This document shows positions 35,981 through 45,294 of a stretch of DNA of 64,000 nt, piece after piece. Each line of letters opens with the position of its first letter. Positions within the stretch are counted from its first letter, which is position 1. Made by a program: the position numbers and the translations under genes. Source of the stretch: Candidatus Woesebacteria bacterium (GTDB lineage Bacteria > Patescibacteriota > Microgenomatia > Woykebacterales > 2-01-FULL-43-14); contig JAGVAV010000023.1 in the NCBI GenBank assembly GCA_020060105.1, forward strand, positions 14,905 to 78,904. Reading direction: 5' to 3'. The notes under the pieces were generated by a model. The model searched no databases. It was not told where the DNA came from and saw only the letters and a list, made by a program, of their open reading frames with translations.

Positions 35981-36018
35981 CCGCCAAAGCTTTTGTCAAG
36001 CTGCGGCGGTTTTTCTTT
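35981..36018 (+). terminator. Rho-independent terminator ending GGCGGTTTTTCTTTG
   Basis: CCGCCAAAGCTT...AAGCTGCGGCGG stem followed by TTTTTCTTT. Confidence 0.55.
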
Positions 36019-36145
36019 GTAAGCCCTTTCTCGGATAAAACTCTGTATGTAAGTAGCAAGCCTAGTTTAAGATCATAAATCAACGGCCCTGAAATACCTT
36101 TATCGCTTCTTGACGGAAAGTTACTCTAATGCTAGGATTAATTTT

Positions 36146-36538
36146 ATGAAAGGCTACGCCGCTAACATTGAAAAGGAAACAAAAGACAATACTGATTACC
36201 GACGGGTCGTCTATACCGGCCGTTACACTCAACTAGTCCTGATGAATCTAAAGCCAGGCGAAGAGATCAGTAACGAAATCCATGGTCTTGATCAATTTAT
36301 TCGCCTGGAAGAAGGAAAAGCCAAAGTCGTTTTAAACAACGGGGAAACGGAATATGATCTTGAGCAGGATTGGGCAATCATCATCCCGGCCGGAACGTGG
36401 CACAAAGTTACTAACACCGGAAACACAAACCTCAAACTCTATACCCTTTACTCTCCGCCGGAGCATCGCGAATCCACCCGGCAGCCCACAAAAGCAGATG
36501 AAAAAGAGGAACACTTTGACGGAATAACTACCGAATAG
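36146..36538 (+). CDS. Cupin domain protein
   Basis: Cupin motifs (HGLDQFIRLEEGKAKVV...PAGTWHKVTNTG). Start uncertain (TTG at 36110 is an alternative). Confidence 0.6.
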   Translation: MKGYAANIEKETKDNTDYRRVVYTGRYTQLVLMNLKPGEEISNEIHGLDQFIRLEEGKAKVVLNNGETEYDLEQDWAIIIPAGTWHKVTNTGNTNLKLYTLYSPPEHRESTRQPTKADEKEEHFDGITTE

Positions 36539-36570
36539 GTAGAATAAAGAGGCCTTCGATATTCAAGCAT

Positions 36571-37230
36571 TTATTTAATCTTCGTTGCTTTAACTAAGTA
36601 CTGTTCAATGAAAAAACGGGCTAATAAACCAAAGAGGTATTTATTGAGCTTTGTTTGTCTTTGGCTGTCGAAAGCGATGTTAACCTTCGTTTCCACCGCC
36701 TTAAATCCCAAGTTTGCTAGCATTTTTTCGACGCTTTTTCTGGTAAAAAATCTCAGGTGACCTCGATCCAGCACCCCAGCCTCCTTATAATCGAAATCCC
36801 CCCTAAGAAAAACCTCCCGAAAGATTCGCCAGTTCCGAACATTGGGAATACTGACTATTAAGTTTCCGTTTCTTTTTAGACAGGGAGAAATTCTTTGGAG
36901 AAACTGCCAAGGATCAATCATATGTTCTAAAACATCGGCCAAGATAATGTAGTCAAAATGGTCTTCGTAAGGCAAGGCAATTTTTTCAACGTTACCGGTG
37001 AAAACCTTATCCAAATGCCTCTTGGCTTCTTGAGCGGAACCTTCGTGAATCTCCGCTCCGACAATTTCGGAAGCGACGCCTCGTCTCTTTAACTCCCTCA
37101 AGGTCGCTCCCGTTCCACAACCAATCTCTAAAACCGCCTTATCGCTCCCCTCAAAGAAGGGTAATAGCTCCGTCCTGACCCCTGAAAAATAAGCATAATT
37201 TTTAGTTTCGTAAAAATTCTTGATCAACAA
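36571..37230 (-). CDS. Class I SAM-dependent methyltransferase
   Basis: Motif I VLEIGCGTGATLREL. Confidence 0.7.
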   Translation of the reverse strand: MLIKNFYETKNYAYFSGVRTELLPFFEGSDKAVLEIGCGTGATLRELKRRGVASEIVGAEIHEGSAQEAKRHLDKVFTGNVEKIALPYEDHFDYIILADVLEHMIDPWQFLQRISPCLKRNGNLIVSIPNVRNWRIFREVFLRGDFDYKEAGVLDRGHLRFFTRKSVEKMLANLGFKAVETKVNIAFDSQRQTKLNKYLFGLLARFFIEQYLVKATKIK

Positions 37231-37624
37231 TACTTCTCCTGATCACAACTTTATCTTGAGCATTAGAGGGTAAAACCCCAGAACCTCACCACAATTTATT
37301 CTAACAGGTTTCTGATAAAACGCTAGACTGATCTTGCGCGATAACTCTTTCAAGAGCCGCTCCTACCAAGTTAACTTCCTACGATCCTGGCAAAAGCCTC
37401 CCTGTCCTTTTCAAATTCTGTTTGAAAATATCGCTCCGAATTTAACCAGAATAATTCGGGGGAAGATATTCCCTCAATGCTTGTCCTCGACCCAATCAGG
37501 GAGAAGGAGTTTAGGAACGTCTGGATCCCCGATCAAGTCGGGGATGACAGTTTGTGTTGACAAATCAGAAAAAAGAGCGTTTAATCTAGTCAGAAGTCAA
37601 GCCGACGTTACTACATTAATATTT

Positions 37625-38077
37625 ATGGGAAAAACTACCCTTATCAATCTAACATTATTGCTTCTTGCCGCAGCAGCTGGTTATTTCATTTTTATCTCTG
37701 TCAATCAGTCTTCCTCCTGCACTGTTGAAAATGCTAAACCCCCTGATCCTCAAACTGCCACAAATCAGCAAGCAGAAAAGTATGCTAAATGTAAACCCCT
37801 GACCGCCCTTCTTCGAAAGGAAGCCACAAACTCTCAAGTATCCTCTCTAACCGAAAAACTAGAAAACATTTCAGGCGTTTATCTGGTTAAATATGTTCCC
37901 CAAGAAGAAGCCTTAAATACTTTTAAAGAGCGTGGCCAATTTGATCCCTCCCTTCTAAACCTATTTCCAAAGGAAACATTTCCCGCTTCAGTAGAAGTTT
38001 ATCTGAAAGACCCTTCTCTAAAAAAGGAAGTTATGGAATTCCTAAAAGAGCAGCCGCTTGTGGAAAAAGTGATTTGA
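37625..38077 (+). CDS. Hypothetical membrane-anchored protein (FtsX extracellular-domain-like fold?)
   Basis: ATG at 37625 then a TM helix. The upstream part of ORF 37334 lacks coding features. Confidence 0.35.
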   Translation: MGKTTLINLTLLLLAAAAGYFIFISVNQSSSCTVENAKPPDPQTATNQQAEKYAKCKPLTALLRKEATNSQVSSLTEKLENISGVYLVKYVPQEEALNTFKERGQFDPSLLNLFPKETFPASVEVYLKDPSLKKEVMEFLKEQPLVEKVI

Positions 38078-38079
38078 CA

Positions 38080-38098
38080 AATGCAAATTATTTGCATT
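38080..38098. promoter_or_regulatory. 9-1-9 palindrome AATGCAAAT-T-ATTTGCATT overlapping the fur-family gene promoter (putative Zur/Fur box)
   Basis: Perfect inverted repeat immediately 3' of a TTGACA hexamer, 33 nt upstream of the regulator's ATG. Confidence 0.6.
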
Positions 38099-38130
38099 AC
38101 AATAAGGTTGCTTGACAAGAAAGAGTGGTT

Positions 38131-38541
38131 ATGATCAAAAACCAGACAGATTTAAAAAAGGTAGGTCTGAAAGAAACCAAAGGAAGAAACGAAGTCCTGA
38201 AATTACTTCAAACCGAAAGAACGCCGGTTGACGTTGCCCTCATCTCCGCCCATTTAAAAAAGAGCCGCCTCTTCCTAAACTGCGCGACTATTTATCGAAT
38301 CTTGAGGGTATTTTGTCAGAAAGGAATCGCCAAAAGGATCGAATTTCAGGAAGGCAAATTTCGCTACGAACTAAATCGAGACGATCATCACCATCTTATC
38401 TGTGAAGGTTGTGGAAAGATTGAAGATATTTCCTACTGTCCTCTGACCCAAATGGAAAATCAAATTAAACATGATAAAAACTTTATTATCAAAAGACACG
38501 CCTTTGAAATTTTTGGAGTGTGTAAACAATGTCAATCTTAG
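38131..38541 (+). CDS. zur: Fur family transcriptional regulator, probably Zur
   Basis: Fur-family length. HHHLICEGCGKIED metal site. Directly upstream of, and overlapping, a ZIP transporter gene. Confidence 0.7.
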   Translation: MIKNQTDLKKVGLKETKGRNEVLKLLQTERTPVDVALISAHLKKSRLFLNCATIYRILRVFCQKGIAKRIEFQEGKFRYELNRDDHHHLICEGCGKIEDISYCPLTQMENQIKHDKNFIIKRHAFEIFGVCKQCQS

Positions 38542-39287
38542 CTTACATTTTACTTTTTACCCTCTTAAGCAGCGTTCTTTCCCTAATCGGAGGATTGGTT
38601 CTTCTCTTTAAAGAAAAGTTCGCCCTTAAGTTTGCCCACCTCTTGCTCTCTTTGGCCGCGGGTATTCTTTTGGGAACCGCCTTTCTGGATCTGCTCCCGG
38701 AAGCGGCCGAGGAAGCGCCAGGGAGAGAGATCTTCCTCTGGGCGCTAATCGGAATCCTGGTTTTCTTTTCCCTTGAACGATTTGTCCACTGGTTTCACCA
38801 TCATGACGAATGTGACGAGTGTCCTAAAGGAGAAGCGAGACCCCTTGTACCGCTGATTATCCTAGGGGATAGTGTTCACAACTTTATTGATGGGATGGTC
38901 ATCGCCGCCACCTTTCTCGTCAGCGTCCCTTTGGGAATCGTGACTTCAATTGCCGTAGCCGCTCACGAGATTCCTCAAGAAATCGGCGACTTTGCCATCT
39001 TGCGCCATCAAGGCCTAACCCGAAAAAAGGTCATTCTGGTTAACCTTTTCAGCGCGCTAACCGCCTTGGCGGGAGCGGTTCTCATCTTTCTTTTAGGAGC
39101 GGTCATCGGCGGTTTCTTACCGGCCCTTCTAGCCCTAACCGCCGGGTTCTTCATCTACATTTCCGCCTCGGACCTCATTCCCGAAATTCACCGTCACGGA
39201 AACGGGCGAAAAATTGCTTTCCTGGAAAGCTTCGTCCTTCTGGCCGGGGTAATGATCGTCTGGGTTTCCATTTCTCTTTTAGAGTAA
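38529..39287 (+). CDS. zupT: ZIP family zinc transporter
   Basis: HNFIDGMVIAATF and HEIPQEIGDF motifs. Overlaps the regulator gene by 13 nt. Confidence 0.8.
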   Translation: MSILAYILLFTLLSSVLSLIGGLVLLFKEKFALKFAHLLLSLAAGILLGTAFLDLLPEAAEEAPGREIFLWALIGILVFFSLERFVHWFHHHDECDECPKGEARPLVPLIILGDSVHNFIDGMVIAATFLVSVPLGIVTSIAVAAHEIPQEIGDFAILRHQGLTRKKVILVNLFSALTALAGAVLIFLLGAVIGGFLPALLALTAGFFIYISASDLIPEIHRHGNGRKIAFLESFVLLAGVMIVWVSISLLE

Positions 39288-39490
39288 TAATTACCATTAA
39301 TGGTAAGGGGGTTGAGAAAGTTTAAGTGTGAAAACTGCCAATACGAGTGGGAAGTTCCCTTTGGCACGGGAAGGCGAGGTTTGGAAATGTCTTGCCCAAG
39401 TGCCAGGCGAAAATGATCCGCCGAATTGATTGCCAAAGTCATGGCTTTGGCCGGTAACCTTGGGGATACCACGAAAGCTGACAGACGAGG

Positions 39491-40336
39491 TTAACTTAAC
39501 CGCAGCTCTCTTAACCTCGCCACTCTGTCTTTAACCGGCGGGTGAGTGCTAAAAAGACTCATCAGACCTGCGCCATTGAGTGGGTTAGAGATATACAGAT
39601 GAGCCGTGGCCGCGTTTGCGTGAGCCAAAGGAACTCGGCTGGAAGCAGCTTCAATTTTTTGCAAAGCCTGAGACAAACCATCCTTATCCCGGGCAAAGCT
39701 TGCTCCGGAAGCGTCGGCTTGGTATTCCCGCGATCGAGAAACCGCCGCTTGAACCAGCAAAGCGGCAATTGGGGCAAGTATGGCTAAAGCCAACGTCCCG
39801 ACCGGGCTTCCCCCCTCATTTTCATCACTGTGACTGCCAAAAATCGCTCCCCATTGGGCGATCTGAGCCGCGTAAGTAATCACCCCGGCCATCATCGCGG
39901 CAACGGAACTGATCAAAATATCCCGATTGGCAATATGCGCAATCTCGTGAGCCAAAACCCCCCGAAGCTCGTTTTTATCCACTAGATTAACCAAGCCTTG
40001 CGTCACCGCCACCAGAGCGTGGCTGGGACTTCGGCCAGTGGCAAAAGCGTTGGGTTGGGCATCATTAGTCATGTAAATCTTGGGCGATGGTACTTTGGCC
40101 CGTCTGGCCAACTCTTCCACCATCTCATAAATTTCCGGAACTTGGCTTCTGGAAACTGGTTTGGCGCCGGTCATCCGAACGACCATTTTGTCCGAGAACC
40201 AAAAACTAAAAAAGTTCATTCCTAAAGAGATGGCCAACATTACCAGCATCCCGGCGTTCCCACCGATCATCCGCCCTATAAAGACCATCAGAACGGTCAA
40301 CAAACCCAGCAAAAGAAAAGTCTTTAAAATATTCAT
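39491..40336 (-). CDS. htpX: Zinc metalloprotease HtpX
   Basis: HEIAHIANRD (HExxH). N-terminal TM helices. Conserved C-terminal region. Confidence 0.85.
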   Translation of the reverse strand: MNILKTFLLLGLLTVLMVFIGRMIGGNAGMLVMLAISLGMNFFSFWFSDKMVVRMTGAKPVSRSQVPEIYEMVEELARRAKVPSPKIYMTNDAQPNAFATGRSPSHALVAVTQGLVNLVDKNELRGVLAHEIAHIANRDILISSVAAMMAGVITYAAQIAQWGAIFGSHSDENEGGSPVGTLALAILAPIAALLVQAAVSRSREYQADASGASFARDKDGLSQALQKIEAASSRVPLAHANAATAHLYISNPLNGAGLMSLFSTHPPVKDRVARLRELRLS

Positions 40337-40617
40337 CCAAACTAACCTCCATTTAGGTTATTATACACTAAAACTCAAAGATGCAACCGACTTATCAGAA
40401 AATTAACCCCCTCCCAGCGCCTTTGTTTTATCCTTTTGGCTTGTCTTGATTATTAAGTAAGATTAATGAATTCTTTAATCCTTAATCAGTCTAATAGCTG
40501 GCCCCGACTTGTTCCGATTTAATCGGGATTGGATCGGGACTGGCGGATTGCTAATTTATATTCTTGAGTTTTAATATTACCGGTGGGTCATGGCCTAAAG
40601 GGGTTGCCGTCTAAACA

Positions 40618-41259
40618 ATGTTCCGATATAATGCCCTTATGAAGCAGAAAAAGAAACTAAATCGGGATCTGGAATTTCTTTATGAGATCGGCTGTTTGCG
40701 TTTTCTCAGGCGCAACTGGCAAAGATTTTTAAACCCGGATTTTGCCAACCTGGCTGAACATCCGTTTCGGGTCGCCTGGCTTTCTCTGATCCTGGCGAAA
40801 ATGGAAGGAGTAAAAAATACCGATAAGATCCTGAAGATGGCCTTGGTACACGACGTCGGGGAAAGCCGAGCCGGAGACGTAGATTACCTGCAGCGCCAGT
40901 ATGTTAAGCGTCACGAAAAAATGGGAATCGAAGATATCTTCCGCCAAACTTCCCTCGAAGAAGAGCTTCCCGTACTGTGGGAGGAATGTGAAAACCCAAC
41001 CTCTCTAGAAGCGAAAATCGTTAAAGACGCCGATAATCTCGATGTCGACCTGGAGTTAAAAGAGCAGGAAGAGAGAGGCTTTTCCATTCGCCAAAAGTTA
41101 CAAGACATACGTCGTCACGTAGCCAAAGAAAAACTTTACACCCAGTCAGCAAAAATTCTCTGGGAAGAAATCCAGGAGTCCGACCCTCACGATTGGCATT
41201 TCCGCGCCCGAAACCGCTTCAACAGCGGAGATTGGAAAAAATCAGAAGAAACTTCTTAA
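40618..41259 (+). CDS. HD-domain phosphohydrolase
   Basis: H...HD...D arrangement (LVHDVGESRAGDVD). Confidence 0.6.
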   Translation: MFRYNALMKQKKKLNRDLEFLYEIGCLRFLRRNWQRFLNPDFANLAEHPFRVAWLSLILAKMEGVKNTDKILKMALVHDVGESRAGDVDYLQRQYVKRHEKMGIEDIFRQTSLEEELPVLWEECENPTSLEAKIVKDADNLDVDLELKEQEERGFSIRQKLQDIRRHVAKEKLYTQSAKILWEEIQESDPHDWHFRARNRFNSGDWKKSEETS

Positions 41260-41818
41260 TAATCTTTACCACCAGCAATCAAGGTAAATTTGAAGAAGCC
41301 AAAGCCTTTATTCCCGAACTTCAACAACTGAAAGTCCCTCTACCGGAAATTCAGGAAACAGACGCCAAAAAGATTCTTACGGCCAAGATAAAAGAAGCCT
41401 TTAAATATTCTCAAGAAAGACTTGTGGTTGAAGATACCTCTCTTTACCTGGAGTGTTTAAAAGGCCTACCCGGACCACTGATCAAATGGTTCCTTCAAAC
41501 TCTGGGAACCAAGGGCTTGGCGGAGATCGCAGAAAAATTAGGCAATAGAAAGGCCCGAGCCGTAACCGTCCTAGGTTACGCTGACAATCCCGCAAATATT
41601 AGTTTTTTGAAGGCGGGATCAGCGGAGAAGTGGTTCAAGATAGGGGAGGTGGCGGCTTTGGTTGGGACCCTATCTTTCTGCCGGAAGGCCGTGATCAAAC
41701 CTTCGCCCAAATGGGCCCGGAAGAGAAGAACAAAATCGGCATGAGAAAAAAGGCTTTTGAAAAACTAGCCGTTTTTCTTGACAATCAACACTTAAGGTGT
41801 GATAATTCTCTCAAATGA
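41193..41818 (+). pseudogene. rdgB: dITP/XTP pyrophosphatase (Ham1/RdgB family) interrupted by a frameshift at a T6 tract (41603-41608); its 5' end overlaps the HD gene
   Basis: Frame 0 encodes IIFTTSNQGKFEE...LGYADNPANISF. Frame 2 continues FFEGGISGEVVQDRGGGGFGWDPIFLPEGRDQTFAQMGPEEKNKI. T7 instead of T6 would join them in frame. Confidence 0.6.
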
Positions 41819-42462
41819 AGTTGCCAATCAGCTTTACTACCGTCACTAAAACTTCAAAAATACTTGCTCTCACTCTTTTTATCACCTTGCCTCTTTTAGG
41901 TTTTTACCTCGGCACCCGCTACCAAGAAACTATAACCCCTAAACAAGCCGATAATACCAGCGTCAATAAACCAGCCTCTAAAACCGACGGTCCAAGCGAT
42001 TTGAAATCTCAGTTAAATCCCTATTCCACCGCACAATATTCTTTTCAATACCCCAAAGGTTGGGTTATTTCAGAAGAAAAAGAGAATTCACTTATTTTAA
42101 AGAAAACCGACAAGGCAAATATTGAGGGCACTTTACAAGACGCGGAAGTAACCATATCTTTTTCCAAAGAAAAAGTCTCACCAGAGCTGACTTTAGGTCA
42201 GTGGTTTGAAAACGAGTATAAAGCTAACTCGGCATTTGACGTAATAAGTAATTTAAAAAAGGAAACCACGCTCGGGGGAATAAAAGCAATCGAAGTCTTT
42301 GAACCTGGAGCGGCCGGGTATATAGATCAAGGTGTTATGGCGATTCATCAAGGAAATGGTTATAAGATCATGATCAGAGGCATAGAAATAGCTGGGAGCC
42401 TCAAAGATTACCGGTCAATTATAGAAAGTTTTAAATTTCCGACCATACCAACCCTAAAATAA
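41815..42462 (+). CDS. Hypothetical secreted protein
   Basis: N-terminal TM/signal segment ILALTLFITLPLLGFYLG. Confidence 0.45.
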   Translation: MKLPISFTTVTKTSKILALTLFITLPLLGFYLGTRYQETITPKQADNTSVNKPASKTDGPSDLKSQLNPYSTAQYSFQYPKGWVISEEKENSLILKKTDKANIEGTLQDAEVTISFSKEKVSPELTLGQWFENEYKANSAFDVISNLKKETTLGGIKAIEVFEPGAAGYIDQGVMAIHQGNGYKIMIRGIEIAGSLKDYRSIIESFKFPTIPTLK

Positions 42463-42980
42463 TTGTGGCTACAGGCAAATTTACTCAAGATGGAGTATCT
42501 CTTGATTATTTGTACACCTTGATGGAAGGAGAAATTAGTCAACTTAATTCGGGTCCGTATAGCTTCGAGTTTCTTGACAAAAACGGGGTGGTTTTGTATC
42601 AGAAAAATTTCAATTTGTTCCTCGCGCAGTAAAAATTGCTGTCAAAAAGAGTTTAAAGACCATCGGGAAAAAATTATTAGTCCAAACACACCTTCAGTAA
42701 GTATCAATATCCCGAACGGGAGAGACTTTAGGTAAAAGTGTAAGGGCCACTTGGTCTAGTAAAGACATTGATAACGACAAGCTTTCCTACTTAATCCAAT
42801 TTAGCCCAGATGGGGGTAAAAACTGGGAACCGGTTACAAGTCAAATACTTAACACAAGTTACAACTGGGAAACCAAAGGTCTTAGAAATGGAAGTGACTA
42901 TTTAATAAGGGTAATTGCAACCGATGGCTTTAACACAGGTGAAGATGTTTCAAACTCAACTTTTACCTTACAAAACTAAG
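42463..42980 (+). pseudogene. Decayed remnant of a gene encoding an Fn3/Ig-like beta-sandwich domain (three frames, several stops)
   Basis: Frame-hopping translation yields ...YSFEFLDKNGVVLYQKNF..., ...SPNTPSVSINIPNG... and ...SVRATWSSKDIDNDKLSYLIQFSPDGGKNWEPVTSQILNTSYNWETKGLRNGSDYLIRVIATDGFNTGEDVSNSTFTLQN. Confidence 0.45.
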
Positions 42981-42995
42981 TCTCTAAATAGCTAA

Positions 42996-44240
42996 TCAAA
43001 GTTTCTCTTTCTTCTTACTCAACCAAATCAAAACTATCAGACCTAAAATGGGGATAAATAAATTAAGTAACGGCTTTAGGGAGTTGGCAAGACTAACTTC
43101 ATCAGCTTTTATAGCCTCGTCTGACTTATTAGTTTCCTCTTTTGATTTCTCTTTAGCGATAATCTCTTCGCCTTTCTGGCTAGAAGGGGCCGATAAGTCT
43201 TTCTCCTCTTGACTAATCGTAAAGGCATCTTTAAAATCCCCGCCAGCGGCTCGGACAAAAGAGTAGGTGAGAGAATCTTCCCTGATAGTAGCCTTTCCGA
43301 AACCCCAGGTCGGGTTGGCGTTAGCGCCCATCATTGCCGCGAAATAGGCGGCTTTTGGATCTTGACGGTCAACATTGTAAAGCCAGTAGCCTCCAGTCCC
43401 GACTGTTAGAAAAACCGTCCCGGCTCCTTTTACCAAGTCGTCGTCGGCATCTGCAACGCAGCGGCTGTTGTATGAAGAAGTTGAAAGCAGCGGACAGTCA
43501 GAAGGATTGGTCGAAAGCTGCTTCGTTCTCTGATAGGTATGATCGTGCGCCTGAAGAACCAAATCCACCTTTTTCTCCGCCAGTAAATTCATAAACTTCT
43601 CTCCAGCGTCACAACCTTTCTTTTCGCCGGTTTCTAGACAAACCAGGTGGTAACCCACCACGATCCATTCAATTCCTTGACTTCGAGCCTCATCAATCGC
43701 TTTACTTACCCATTGATAGTGGGAAGAACCTTCGGAATTATAATTCCAAAACCCGGAAGGGTAATTGCCAGAACCAGAACCAAAGGTTAAACCGGGCGAG
43801 ACCAAAATAAACCGGGCCATTGGCACAGCCAAGGGATAATCAAAGTAATATTCCCTCCCATAAAAGCCCTGAATGTTTCCAATCTTGTCAGGCAAACATT
43901 TGACAAAATTATCAATGTTATTTCCCTTTGGTTCATTGGCCTCATGATTCCCAGCTAAAATCTCGAAGGGAAAATCATCTCCAACGGATTGTTTAACTTT
44001 GTCGCACCAAGCTTCTTCCGGAGATAACTTGCCGTAGCTTAGATCCCCCAAAGCGAGATGAAAACTAGCCCCAGAATTTCGGGGATTCAAACTGGATAAA
44101 ACCGCTTGGGTCTGAAAAGTGTTGCCATAATCTCCGGCAAAGGTAAAAGAAAAAGAATCAGGTTCCGATTTAACTATCGGCGTTACTAAAAACCAAAAGA
44201 CGAAAGTGATCAAAAAAGTCAAAAAAAGCCACCTAATCAT
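42996..44240 (-). CDS. Calcineurin-like metallophosphoesterase (purple-acid-phosphatase-like), secreted, with a C-terminal TM anchor
   Basis: GDLSYG, GNHE and HDH motifs. N-terminal signal segment. C-terminal LLNLFIPILGLIVLIWLSKKKEKL. Confidence 0.7.
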   Translation of the reverse strand: MIRWLFLTFLITFVFWFLVTPIVKSEPDSFSFTFAGDYGNTFQTQAVLSSLNPRNSGASFHLALGDLSYGKLSPEEAWCDKVKQSVGDDFPFEILAGNHEANEPKGNNIDNFVKCLPDKIGNIQGFYGREYYFDYPLAVPMARFILVSPGLTFGSGSGNYPSGFWNYNSEGSSHYQWVSKAIDEARSQGIEWIVVGYHLVCLETGEKKGCDAGEKFMNLLAEKKVDLVLQAHDHTYQRTKQLSTNPSDCPLLSTSSYNSRCVADADDDLVKGAGTVFLTVGTGGYWLYNVDRQDPKAAYFAAMMGANANPTWGFGKATIREDSLTYSFVRAAGGDFKDAFTISQEEKDLSAPSSQKGEEIIAKEKSKEETNKSDEAIKADEVSLANSLKPLLNLFIPILGLIVLIWLSKKKEKL

Positions 44241-44343
44241 CAGTCAGATTATATAATTCTTCCGCTCGAAAAGCCATAAGGTCCTAAAATCAATTTTCTC
44301 TTGATTCTTTATTGCTTTCCCCTTTCTCTTTATCTAAATTAAA

Positions 44344-45282
44344 ATGGAAAATTCCGCTACTTTGGCCAACAACTATATGGAAAACCATCTTATCCACCAG
44401 CAAGCAAAAAACAAAAAGGCCCTCCTCTGGTCAGGAGTGCTTACCGGACTTTATTTTATCCTTGAATTAGCCGTCGGCCTCCTGATCGGCTCGGTAGCGG
44501 TTGTCTCAGACGCTTTGCACACTTTCTCGGCCGTGGGCGGAGTCTTAATTGCTTTAGCGGCCGCTCATTATGCCGCTAAGGCGCCTTCAAAAACGAGTAC
44601 TTTTGCTCTTTACCGGGTCGAAATTCTGGCCGCCTTTATTAACGGTCTTTTCCTTCTAGTTATGGCGTTAATCGTCATCTGGGTAGGCATCCAAAGGCTG
44701 CCAAATCCTCCGGATCTTCCCACCACCCCAATGCTCTTGATTGCCGTTGGAGGCCTAGTTACAGAATTTATTTCTCTTTACCTTCTTTATGAGGGACAAG
44801 GTCAAAACCTAAATGTCAGAGGCGCCTTTTGGCACGTCATCCAAACCTTTGTCGGAAGCTTGGGCATAATCGTTAGCGCTTTGGTCATCCGCTTTACCGG
44901 ATTTCTCGCCATTGATCCTCTTATCGGGATTCTCTTCGGCCTAATCTTAATCTGGGCCTCTTATCGGATCATCAGAGACTCCGCAAGAATTTTTTTGGAA
45001 ATGACTCCTGAGAATTTAGATCTGTTAAAAATCAAAACCGAGTTAGAAAAATTACCCAATGTTAAAAATTTACACATCCACGCCTGGACCCTCACCTCCG
45101 GCAAAAATCTTTTTACCGCTCATGTTCTGGTGAGAGATCTTAAGAAAACCCCTCAAACCCTTCAGGAAATTGACCGAATATTAAAAGAAAAATACGAGAT
45201 TTACTTCACCACTCTCCAAGTGGAGGAAACCCCAACCACTGAAGAACCAAGGGAAATTGAATTTCTTGATAAAGAGATTTAG
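44344..45282 (+). CDS. Cation diffusion facilitator family transporter
   Basis: Six TM segments with the CDF signature region (LIGSVAVVSDALHTFSAV) and a C-terminal cytoplasmic domain. Confidence 0.75.
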   Translation: MENSATLANNYMENHLIHQQAKNKKALLWSGVLTGLYFILELAVGLLIGSVAVVSDALHTFSAVGGVLIALAAAHYAAKAPSKTSTFALYRVEILAAFINGLFLLVMALIVIWVGIQRLPNPPDLPTTPMLLIAVGGLVTEFISLYLLYEGQGQNLNVRGAFWHVIQTFVGSLGIIVSALVIRFTGFLAIDPLIGILFGLILIWASYRIIRDSARIFLEMTPENLDLLKIKTELEKLPNVKNLHIHAWTLTSGKNLFTAHVLVRDLKKTPQTLQEIDRILKEKYEIYFTTLQVEETPTTEEPREIEFLDKEI

Positions 45283-45294
45283 GATAAAATCTTT

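Noticed and set aside
39299-39412. Possible small zinc-ribbon ORF (KFKCENCQYEWEVPFG...CPSARRK)
   Set aside because: Only one convincing CxxC pair, no RBS, and an ambiguous start. Noted as a weak candidate (FmdB-like zinc ribbon, possibly frameshifted) but not called.
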